In this document: positions 1 through 8,379 of the stretch, piece by piece
How the letters are laid out: each line of letters begins with the position of its first letter
Position numbering within the stretch: the stretch's first letter is position 1
Origin: a virus
Direction: 5' to 3' (one strand)
Length of the DNA stretch: 64,000 nucleotides
IMG/VR virus record: IMGVR_UViG_3300026097_001210
Span: 1-64,000 of that record
Program-made: the position numbers and the translations under genes
Notes under the pieces: model-generated
What the model was told of the DNA's origin: nothing
Seen by the model: the letters and a program-made list of their open reading frames with translations, nothing else
The model's database searches: none

Positions 1-41
1 CAAAAAGAATTTTAAGTACAAAAATTAACGATTTACTTTAA

Positions 42-50
42 TGCTATAAT
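42..50 (+). promoter_or_regulatory. Extended -10 promoter TGCTATAAT
   Basis: TGn-TATAAT upstream of SD AAGGAG and GTG 81; the same motif recurs before many genes in the window. Confidence 0.7.
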
Positions 51-80
51 ATTAAGGTACCAAACTTATAAGGAGACAAA

Positions 81-410
81 GTGCACACATATACAATTAG
101 CGAAGAAAACACCATCGAGGTTTTTGGTGAAGGAGAGACTATTCCATTCCTTCGTCAGCCACACTACCCTAACGGTGATGCTTTTGATACCCGTGAAGAA
201 GCAGAGACTTGGGCTCAGCTCTTTATTGAAGCTTTGGTAAACGATGAAGCACCCTATGCTCCAATTGGCAAGGGTATGGAAGGTGAACCAAAACCTACTA
301 AAGAAGAAATGCTAGCAATGCTTAAAGAGCGTGCTGAAGAGTTCGGGGACAATGTTCCAGAACAACTAGCACAGCGTATTGCTGACCTTGAATCTGAAAT
401 TTCTGCTTAA
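81..410 (+). CDS. Hypothetical acidic protein, possibly fibre-associated
   Basis: SD AAGGAG, GTG start, biased codon usage; no recognisable catalytic motif. Confidence 0.7.
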   Translation: MHTYTISEENTIEVFGEGETIPFLRQPHYPNGDAFDTREEAETWAQLFIEALVNDEAPYAPIGKGMEGEPKPTKEEMLAMLKERAEEFGDNVPEQLAQRIADLESEISA

Positions 411-418
411 CATTTGAT

Positions 419-463
419 CATCGTTTCTTCTTCTGATACAATGTATTAGGAGGAGAGACGATG
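419..463 (+). promoter_or_regulatory. RBS/start-codon-sequestering hairpin containing an extended -10 promoter (TGATACAAT 434-442)
   Basis: 419-439 pairs with 443-463 (21 contiguous WC/GU pairs), covering AGGAGG and ATG 461. Confidence 0.75.
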
Positions 464-1120
464 AATCATTTTGATGTTCTTATTGCTACCCCTGGGCATA
501 GCCTGGAAGCTCACTATGTGAGAAGCCTTGTAGATACTTTAGCTGAGTGTGATTCTCGGGGGGTATCATACAAGTGGCTTAACTCTTATTCTTCTTTAGT
601 TCATAATGCTAGAGAAACAACTATTAGCGGTGGAGATGGGTTTACTCTTAATCCCCTCGATAAAGGTCCATTAGGAGATAGCGTTACATATAACAAAATC
701 TTTTGGATTGATTCTGACATTTCCTGGACACCAGAAGACTTTTTTAAGCTATATGATTCTGAGCATGAAGTTACTACTGGTGCATATTTACTTGCAGACA
801 ATGTTACTACTTCTGTTCATGCTTGGGGTACACCTGGCGGTATTCCTAAAGAAGAAATCTTAAAGATGAAAGAAGTAACCAAAATTCAAAGTATGGGCTT
901 TGGATTTGTTGCTATGAAAAACGGGGTATTTGAAAGACTAGACCGTCCTTGGTTTGGACATTATACTCAAAAGATGCAAACAGGTCCAGATACCTTTATT
1001 GACACATATCTAGGTGAAGATATATCATGGTGTATTAATGCTTATAAGCATGGTGTGGAAATTTATTTTGACCCCTCGGTTTTGGTGGGGCATATGAAGA
1101 AGGTGAAAATAGAATGGTAG
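461..1120 (+). CDS. GT-A fold glycosyltransferase-like protein
   Basis: N-terminal VLIATP strand, DxD motif FWIDSDI, GFGF and GEDISWC motifs, C-terminal GH. Confidence 0.75.
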   Translation: MNHFDVLIATPGHSLEAHYVRSLVDTLAECDSRGVSYKWLNSYSSLVHNARETTISGGDGFTLNPLDKGPLGDSVTYNKIFWIDSDISWTPEDFFKLYDSEHEVTTGAYLLADNVTTSVHAWGTPGGIPKEEILKMKEVTKIQSMGFGFVAMKNGVFERLDRPWFGHYTQKMQTGPDTFIDTYLGEDISWCINAYKHGVEIYFDPSVLVGHMKKVKIEW

Positions 1121-1935
1121 ATAAACAATATTTTTTTATGGCAGGTTTGCCACGTTCAGGAAGCACATTGCTTGCTTCTCTCTTGAGTCAGAATCCAGAT
1201 ATGTATGTTTCTGCTCAATCTCCCCTGCCCAATATTCTGGGGGCAGCTTATAATCAATATCAAAGCAAAGAAAATCTAGACCACAGTAGATTTGATGATA
1301 TCTATAATGTAGTAGACAATATTATTCCTTTGTTCTATGAAAAGCACCCAGAAAAATACATCATTGATAAAAACTTTTCCTGGCTAGAGCCACACCCATA
1401 TGTGATTCTAGAGCACCATCTTAAGAACGATATTAAAGTTATTTGTCCAGTAAGAAATATTCTTGAAATTCTTGCATCATGGAATAGACTATGTGAAAAT
1501 GACAAGACTAATCAATATGACAATATTATTAGACAGCATGATAAGACTAATCGTAAGATGCCAGATCGTCGAGCAGACTTCTTTATGAATGTCCAAGACG
1601 AAGAGCAGAAGGGTATTCTTAATGGAATTGAAAACATGAAGCGTATTCTATACCCCCAATTCAAAGACCAGATTATGCTCGTTGAATATGATGACTTAAT
1701 TGATAATACCGCAGAAACAATTGACAGCATTTATAATTTCTTAGGTATTGAAAAGTATGAGCACGATTTTTCACATATTACTAATCCTCACGAATATAAC
1801 GATATTTGGGGGGTAAAGAATCATCACACAATTAAGTCAAAGATTAAAAAAGAAGAGTATGACTTTGAAAAACTATTCTCTTTTGACACTATTAAAAGGT
1901 ATTCTGGTCTAGAGTTTTGGAAGAATATTAAATGA
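1114..1935 (+). CDS. PAPS-dependent sulfotransferase
   Basis: 5'-PSB loop GLPRSGSTLL, DK motif, 3'-PB motif VRNILEILAS, VEYDDL...IYNFLG. Confidence 0.85.
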   Translation: MVDKQYFFMAGLPRSGSTLLASLLSQNPDMYVSAQSPLPNILGAAYNQYQSKENLDHSRFDDIYNVVDNIIPLFYEKHPEKYIIDKNFSWLEPHPYVILEHHLKNDIKVICPVRNILEILASWNRLCENDKTNQYDNIIRQHDKTNRKMPDRRADFFMNVQDEEQKGILNGIENMKRILYPQFKDQIMLVEYDDLIDNTAETIDSIYNFLGIEKYEHDFSHITNPHEYNDIWGVKNHHTIKSKIKKEEYDFEKLFSFDTIKRYSGLEFWKNIK

Positions 1936-2687
1936 TTATTGTGATTTCTGGTTTGCCAGGGGCAGGCAAAACAACACTAGCTAAAGAAATAGTGCGTAGA
2001 ACAGATGCTATTCATCTAAATGCCGATGACGTTAGGGCAGACCTAAGTTCTGACCTGGGGTTTTCTATTGATGATCGTAAAGAACAGTCAAGAAGGTTAG
2101 GCGCTATGGCAAGGCTGCTTTCTAATCAAGGTCATCTTGTGATTGTTGATTTTGTAAATCCTATCGAAGAAACTCGTAATGCTTTTGGTAGCTATGATTA
2201 TTTTGTTTGGGTTGACAGAATTAAAGAGGGTAGGTTTGAAAACACCAACAATATTTGGCAAGAGCCAACTAATGTTGATATAAGAATAGAAGAAGGCTTA
2301 ACTGTTGAAGAAGAAACAAAGCTTGTTTTAGATACCTTCGAAATTTATGACTGGACAGAACCAACAACTTTAATGCTTGGTAGATACCAGCCTTGGCACG
2401 AGGGGCACCAGGCTTTAAAAAACGAGGGGCACAAAAGAACAGAACAAGTTTTGATTGGAGTTAGAAACACTCATGGTACTTCTGAAAAAGATCCACTACC
2501 TTATGAAAAAGTGGTGGAATACATACAGCAATCTAATGGCACAAATAACTCACTAATAATGAAACTACCCAACATTACTAATATTATTTATGGTAGGGAC
2601 GTGGGGTATAAAATTGAACACGTTGAGCTACCCCCTGAAATTCAAGAAATATCAGCAACAAATAAACGTAAAGAGATGGGAATATGA
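1932..2687 (+). CDS. cysC: Adenylylsulfate (APS) kinase fused to a C-terminal HxGH nucleotidyltransferase domain (candidate PAPS synthase)
   Basis: P-loop GLPGAGKT, LNADDVR and LGFSIDDRKEQSRR (CysC signatures); C-domain GRYQPWHEGH, YGRD, ISATNKR. Confidence 0.8.
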   Translation: MIIVISGLPGAGKTTLAKEIVRRTDAIHLNADDVRADLSSDLGFSIDDRKEQSRRLGAMARLLSNQGHLVIVDFVNPIEETRNAFGSYDYFVWVDRIKEGRFENTNNIWQEPTNVDIRIEEGLTVEEETKLVLDTFEIYDWTEPTTLMLGRYQPWHEGHQALKNEGHKRTEQVLIGVRNTHGTSEKDPLPYEKVVEYIQQSNGTNNSLIMKLPNITNIIYGRDVGYKIEHVELPPEIQEISATNKRKEMGI

Positions 2688-2893
2688 AAGCAACAAAAGC
2701 TCGTTCAATGGCTAAAGCACTTCTTTACCGTGGACTAGGAACTTTAAGCACTTTTGTCATTGCTTTGATTTTTACGGGGGAAGCAGTAACAGCAACCTGG
2801 ATTGCTTTGATTGAATTTGTTGTCAAAACACTTCTATATTATTTTTATGAACGTTTTTGGAACATGATTTCTTGGGGTAGACAAGAAACCTAA
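2684..2893 (+). CDS. Small two-TM membrane protein, DUF2061-like
   Basis: RSMAKALLYR...KTLLYYFYERFW..ISWG pattern; ATGA overlap with the cysC fusion. Confidence 0.75.
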   Translation: MKATKARSMAKALLYRGLGTLSTFVIALIFTGEAVTATWIALIEFVVKTLLYYFYERFWNMISWGRQET

Positions 2894-2902
2894 TGCTATA
2901 AT
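2894..2902 (+). promoter_or_regulatory. Extended -10 promoter for a leaderless transcript
   Basis: TGCTATAAT, 6 nt, ATG 2909; no SD. Confidence 0.65.
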
Positions 2903-2908
2903 AGTTTT

Positions 2909-3874
2909 ATGTTTAATCCACTACTATTAAGGTTTAGAGCTATTGATCAAACCTTTAAGCCAATGGAGGCTACTGGTGGGAACATATCATATTATGCAGA
3001 TAATGGAATAGTTTATAAGGTTCATACTTTTACTTCTGGTACCTCGAATTTTGTCGTCAATGACCCTGGAAATGGCAACAGCAGAGGCTTGGTAAATTAC
3101 TTGGTTATTGCTGGTGGTGGTGGTTCTGCTGGATCTCAGGATGACGTTACCCTCGCTGGCGGTGGCGGTGGTGGCGGGTATAGAACAAACATGCCAAATG
3201 AAAGATCTGGAAGAGATAGCGACCCAGAGCCAGTGTTAAAACTAAATGCAGGATCTTATACTGTCACCGTTGGCGGCGGTGGTGGTGCTGGATCTAGCAG
3301 ATATCGCTTTCCTGGAGATGGTGGAAATGGTGGCAACTCTCAGTTTTATAATATTATTTCTAGTGGTGGGGGTGGAACTAGATACCAAAAGGGTGGAAAA
3401 AATGGTGGATGCGGAGGAGGAGACTCCAATCGTAGAAATGGTGGAGGCTCTGGCTCAATAAATCAAGGATTTGACGGCGGAACGGGTAGCACTTACGGCA
3501 CGGGACGCGGCGGTGCGGGCGGAGGTGGAGGTGCTGGCTCCGCTGGAGAAAGCGTTAGCTCTTTTAGCAGCTCTGGTGGAGACGGTGGCTATGGAATAGT
3601 TTCCTCAATTAACGGTTCTGCAATAGGCAGGGCAGGCGGCGGTGGCGGCTCTGCAAGAAGTTCTGCTGGTGTAGGCAGAAACGGAGGTGCATCTGGAAGG
3701 ACTGGCAGAAGCTCTGGGGCATCTGGTGCAAACGGATATGGGGGTGGTGCTGGCGGATCATCTTGGTACAGTACCGAAAGAGGAAGCACAGGCGGCGGCC
3801 GAGGAGGATCGGGAATCGTTATCGTAAGATATATATATGGATATGGCGATACGGTGGAAGAAGTTTTGGGGTAG
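2909..3874 (+). CDS. Glycine-rich virion fibre/adhesin-like protein
   Basis: YKVHTFTSG, YLVIAGGGG, many GGGGG runs, terminal GGSGIVIVRY. Confidence 0.7.
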   Translation: MFNPLLLRFRAIDQTFKPMEATGGNISYYADNGIVYKVHTFTSGTSNFVVNDPGNGNSRGLVNYLVIAGGGGSAGSQDDVTLAGGGGGGGYRTNMPNERSGRDSDPEPVLKLNAGSYTVTVGGGGGAGSSRYRFPGDGGNGGNSQFYNIISSGGGGTRYQKGGKNGGCGGGDSNRRNGGGSGSINQGFDGGTGSTYGTGRGGAGGGGGAGSAGESVSSFSSSGGDGGYGIVSSINGSAIGRAGGGGGSARSSAGVGRNGGASGRTGRSSGASGANGYGGGAGGSSWYSTERGSTGGGRGGSGIVIVRYIYGYGDTVEEVLG

Positions 3875-3878
3875 AATT

Positions 3879-4334
3879 GTGAAAGTTACTTTAGATATTG
3901 GTAATGGTTTTTGGAGTTTTGACAAACAAGAGCTAGCAAAAAGATATAGAGATAACGATGACTTAATTTTTGATTTTGTAAAAAATTCTAATGCCTACGT
4001 AGAGTTTAAAAGTTTAAGTTTTGGCTTCTTTTTGAAACTAAACAAAGAAGTTGTTTATCAGGAAAGTTTTCCTAAAGATAGTATTGTTTATTATTCAACA
4101 GATCAAGAATACTTAGAATCCGTAAAGGTTGAAGATATCAAGGCAGACAAAGAGTATGAGCTGAGTGTTTGGGCGGTAAACGATGGAATAGAGTATTCAG
4201 AAATTTTTGTATTTTCAATTCCTAAGCCAAAACAACCTGGTCAAGGATGGGTATGGAACGATGATGGAAATTATTGGGATCCCCCAATTGAATCTGCAGC
4301 CATCGGCGTAGAAATAGACAATCAAAACAACTAG
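3879..4334 (+). CDS. Hypothetical protein, probably fibre-associated
   Basis: GTG 3879 just after the upstream stop (ORF track start 3837 overlaps it); C-terminal PKQPGQGWVWNDDGNYWDPP. Confidence 0.6.
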   Translation: MKVTLDIGNGFWSFDKQELAKRYRDNDDLIFDFVKNSNAYVEFKSLSFGFFLKLNKEVVYQESFPKDSIVYYSTDQEYLESVKVEDIKADKEYELSVWAVNDGIEYSEIFVFSIPKPKQPGQGWVWNDDGNYWDPPIESAAIGVEIDNQNN

Positions 4335-4385
4335 AGCCTATCTACACAAAAACTCCCACTATGTTAAAATATATTAGGAGAATAA

Positions 4386-7300
4386 ATGTCTACAGCCCTT
4401 AATCTTTATGCCACAAAAGTTTTTGCGGAACACCCCGTTTCTTTGTGGGCATTGGATGATACATCCGACTATGTAGCCCTTATAAACGACACTAATCAGA
4501 ATCTTGATAATTGGAGTGTTACAGGGGCATCAGTTGTTGATGCTAGAACAGATTCAGAGTTTCAATCGGATAGGCCACCGCTAGAGCCATTTGAAAATAA
4601 ATATCTTAATGGTGTAACAGAAACTTTGGGTAGCGGTGGAATAGTAACTTTTGAAAGTCCAGGTTATTTTCAGCCATCAGATTTTGATCTGACCCTTGGA
4701 TCTTTTTCAATATCTACCTACTTTTTTACTTATGATAGAACAACTCAAGTTCGAGTGGGGTATTCATATTTTAACGGCTCACAAAGAGTAGAAGTCCCAG
4801 ATGTAACTAGAGCAACCACAATACCGGTTGAAAGACAGTGGGCATCTATTTCTCAAACTTTTGATTTCCCCTCAAACTTTAGTGATCTTAAGATATTTAT
4901 AGAAGTTTCCTTTACTGAGTCTGCATCACCATACAAGTTTTCTATTAATGGAATAAATGTTGGTCAGCTTGCAGAAGAGTTTTTTTTAGAGTCCCCTGGG
5001 GTTTTGCCAGCATCGCTGTCTTCAGAGATTAATTTGCAAGTTTCTGGAGTACCCGCTCAGCCATATGGATTAGAGGGGGCTAGTGGATACTATTTATCTG
5101 ACAACAAAAAAATGTATGCAAAAAATCTGGGGATGCCAATTGTTTATGGTGCATACAATAGCACAGTTCTGACACCATTTGCCAACAATCCCTCTTTAAT
5201 AGTTCCAGGTTTAGGATTTTTAAATGAGTCTGGGCAGTATCAAAAATTCACTTTTGAGTTTTGGGCAAAAATTCATAATGAATCTTTTGTGCTTAGAAAA
5301 ATATTTGGACCTGTTTTTTCAGAAGATGGTTTGTATACGGAAGGTCCATTTCTTATTTTAAAAATAGGAAAAGAGGTTGGCTCTCACTACATTGGTGAAT
5401 GGAATAGGCCAATGCTTTTCAATATTCGATATTCCCCCGACTCCTGCAGTCTTGTCTTAAACGGCGAAGAAGTTATTTCTTTTTCCATTAATCCTAACGA
5501 TACAACCTTTCCAAATAAAGAAGATGGCTCTGGAAACGATCAAGACTGGTTAGGTTTCTACGCCTATGAAGACATCCCCATTATTTCTCTAGACTGTACT
5601 GGTCTATATCCTTATGAGGTTCCAGCTATTGTTTCAAAAAGAAGATTTGTGTATGGCCAGGCTGTAGAAGTGCCAAGCAATTTGCAGGGGTTTAAGAAAA
5701 ATAATTCTTTATCTATAGACAATGCTTTTGCAAAACATGCCAAAACTTATTCCTACCCCCTGCTTGGAAATTGGTCTAATGCTATCGTTGAAAACCTGGT
5801 ACCAAATCCTTCCGACATATCATCTCCAAGCTATTCCCTTCCAGAAATTGCTTTTGACAATAAAACCGTAGAGGAGTGGTATCAGGCTTCTTCAAACAGC
5901 CAAGTGGGGGGATACTCTTTCTTCTCTATGGAGCCAGATGCAGAGTGGACAGAAACTAATGGCCATATGTATTTTAATTCCCTCGAAAATATATTAGAAG
6001 AAACAAAGGCCATCTATGGTGTTTTTAGTCTTAAAAGACTTTATCAAGAAAAGCAAATCTTAATAGAAATGGTTAACAAGGTTAGCGGGGATTCTTTAGA
6101 AATATCTGTAACAGATAATACAGTTAACTACATATTAAAAACAAAACAACCAAACGGTTCTTTTGTAGAGGAAAATATTTTTACGGTAACTGGTCTAGTT
6201 GCTGACGCAATATTTTTAGCGGGTATTCATATTCCAAGAGCAAAGAATTCTTTTGGGTATAAGCTATCTAGGTTTTTTACTAACATTAGCAACATCAGCG
6301 TATTTTTATGCGGTAATTCAGAATTACAGAATACCTTCCGTGGAAGAGTTCACTCTGTAGGCTTTCCGAGTAAAAGGAATCTAAAAAAAATAGAGGATGA
6401 CTTTCTCATTATTGGCATGCCCTCAAACTTTTCAGAAAACTACACCGAGATTCTTATTTATGACGGTGGAGAGTATGACACTATTGAGTGGGAGTATAGC
6501 TATGAAAGTGGAACATATGCCCAAGAGGCTAACGAAGTTTCCTTGATAGGTAACGAGTCTGGCTCTAGTGCTGCTCTTCTAGTGGCGACTCAGGTATATG
6601 ATCATATATCAACATACACTCTGATTCCAAAAGATTATTTTGGCGCATTTACTCTGGATATTGGTGCCGAGTCTTACTGGGAGGATTATTTGCCTCTAAG
6701 TTACTTTGCAAAATATGTTACAGATGGTGCGGGGAATCAGTATAAAGATCTTGACTTTATTCAATTTAATATTGACTACCCTTTCTTTAATAAATATCTC
6801 AATAACTTTTATGACTCAACTGACTCCCCAGTAAAAATGTATGCAAGCTTTGAGTATTTAGTAAATGGCGTCGCCACACAGCTTTCTGCTTACACAAACA
6901 CAAAGCTTTTACCAAAGTCTGGAATTGTTAGACCTGGAACAGAGTGGAAAACAACTAAGTATGAGATAACAGATGATACAGTCATCTACCCACCTGCTGA
7001 AGAAAACTTTGAAAGTCTTGCTCTAAAGATAAGTCTTGAGATTTCCACTATTGGTGTAATTGAAAAACCAATTTCAATTAAGTCCTTAGATTTTGCATCA
7101 AAATCTTTGGGGTATTCTCCAAATAGAATTGGTAACAGGTTTGGAACAGAGGTATATCCTTATAGAAAAGTAGGTCCTTATTTTGATTATAAGAATGTTC
7201 CACCATTTAGTATTTATAAAAACAGTGTTCCATACTTATATCTTTCAGGAAGTTCGGGTATAAGAATGAGAGATGATTATGCAACATCAGATGAAAGAGG

Positions 7301-7982
7301 CTTTACAATGCCAATTAACAGGGGGAGGGGTAGCTTCTTTAAGGTTGGCTCAATGCAAATTTTAGCTAAGTATGAAAGAGATACGCTTCCCACCACCCCA
7401 GTAAAAATATTTGAAATCGACGGGGCAGACAGAAGTATTAACTTTTATCTAGTTGCATTCAAGGGAAACAGTAAAAGAGGGTTTGTCTATGCACTAGATG
7501 GCACAACGGGAAGGGCCATAAGCGGACTGATTTATAGTATGGACGGTAGAAATGTTAAAAGACCAATTATAAGCCCCAATGTTTGGACAGCAATAGGCGT
7601 TAGTTTTGAAGAAGCTATAGACTTTTCTTCTTCTGTTGGTGCTTTAAGAATAACAAACCCAATCTTTGTAGACAATATCTCTTATTATCAAATTACTGAA
7701 CAAGAAGAATCTTCTCGTCTTGCATATAGAAAATGGTATGCTGTACGAGCAGAGCCAGACAATGACTTAGACTGGGATTATTGGGACGAATCAACTTGGC
7801 AAGAGGTTTTATTCCTTACAGAAGCTAGGCCAACAGTTATAGATCCCACAAAAATTTACAAGCAGTACACAGGAACAGACAGGTTTGTCAATCAGTCAAG
7901 CACATCAATTAGGCTAGGCGAATATAAATACTCTACATTCAAAAATGTAAGATGGTCTAGAATAACCTCAAATTCTGCCTAG
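4386..7982 (+). CDS. Large beta-rich virion structural protein with a LamG/ConA-like segment
   Basis: 1198 aa; HPVSLWALDD start, FTFEFW and LVLNGEEV LamG-type motifs; promoter TGTTAAAAT and SD upstream. Confidence 0.6.
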   Translation: MSTALNLYATKVFAEHPVSLWALDDTSDYVALINDTNQNLDNWSVTGASVVDARTDSEFQSDRPPLEPFENKYLNGVTETLGSGGIVTFESPGYFQPSDFDLTLGSFSISTYFFTYDRTTQVRVGYSYFNGSQRVEVPDVTRATTIPVERQWASISQTFDFPSNFSDLKIFIEVSFTESASPYKFSINGINVGQLAEEFFLESPGVLPASLSSEINLQVSGVPAQPYGLEGASGYYLSDNKKMYAKNLGMPIVYGAYNSTVLTPFANNPSLIVPGLGFLNESGQYQKFTFEFWAKIHNESFVLRKIFGPVFSEDGLYTEGPFLILKIGKEVGSHYIGEWNRPMLFNIRYSPDSCSLVLNGEEVISFSINPNDTTFPNKEDGSGNDQDWLGFYAYEDIPIISLDCTGLYPYEVPAIVSKRRFVYGQAVEVPSNLQGFKKNNSLSIDNAFAKHAKTYSYPLLGNWSNAIVENLVPNPSDISSPSYSLPEIAFDNKTVEEWYQASSNSQVGGYSFFSMEPDAEWTETNGHMYFNSLENILEETKAIYGVFSLKRLYQEKQILIEMVNKVSGDSLEISVTDNTVNYILKTKQPNGSFVEENIFTVTGLVADAIFLAGIHIPRAKNSFGYKLSRFFTNISNISVFLCGNSELQNTFRGRVHSVGFPSKRNLKKIEDDFLIIGMPSNFSENYTEILIYDGGEYDTIEWEYSYESGTYAQEANEVSLIGNESGSSAALLVATQVYDHISTYTLIPKDYFGAFTLDIGAESYWEDYLPLSYFAKYVTDGAGNQYKDLDFIQFNIDYPFFNKYLNNFYDSTDSPVKMYASFEYLVNGVATQLSAYTNTKLLPKSGIVRPGTEWKTTKYEITDDTVIYPPAEENFESLALKISLEISTIGVIEKPISIKSLDFASKSLGYSPNRIGNRFGTEVYPYRKVGPYFDYKNVPPFSIYKNSVPYLYLSGSSGIRMRDDYATSDERGFTMPINRGRGSFFKVGSMQILAKYERDTLPTTPVKIFEIDGADRSINFYLVAFKGNSKRGFVYALDGTTGRAISGLIYSMDGRNVKRPIISPNVWTAIGVSFEEAIDFSSSVGALRITNPIFVDNISYYQITEQEESSRLAYRKWYAVRAEPDNDLDWDYWDESTWQEVLFLTEARPTVIDPTKIYKQYTGTDRFVNQSSTSIRLGEYKYSTFKNVRWSRITSNSA

Positions 7983-8010
7983 AGAGTTATAATATGGTAT
8001 ACTGGTTACC

Positions 8011-8379
8011 ATGAATAGCCCAACTTCGGACAAAATCGGCAAGTCTAAAGCCACAATCATTGATAAGGGTTATGACTGGGGCATTTATGTGTGGAAAAAG
8101 TCAAATGGGAAGTGGTTTACTGATGGAAACGGAAATATTTTAAACATCCCTTCCATGAAGGGCGACCTTTCTAAAATTTCAGAACTTAAAAGTGCCGCCG
8201 CATATCACGGAGAGCCAGACGGAGAGCCAGTCTTTTTTGCTGGACTAAGCAGAGTCAGTGATGAAGAGTATGAGGAGCAGGTGGGAAGAATGCAACAGGG
8301 TCTTATTCCTAACCTCAATGACCTTGGTGCGGTGCATGCGGCACAACAAACTTTAAAACAGTATGGTGATGAAGGATAA
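8011..8379 (+). CDS. Hypothetical protein upstream of portal
   Basis: TGGTATACT-N7-ATG; stop overlaps the portal start. Confidence 0.7.
   Translation: MNSPTSDKIGKSKATIIDKGYDWGIYVWKKSNGKWFTDGNGNILNIPSMKGDLSKISELKSAAAYHGEPDGEPVFFAGLSRVSDEEYEEQVGRMQQGLIPNLNDLGAVHAAQQTLKQYGDEG

Noticed and set aside
4352-4380. Second RBS-sequestering hairpin (CTCC/GGAG)
   Set aside because: Only ~4 strong pairs with mismatches; too weak to support
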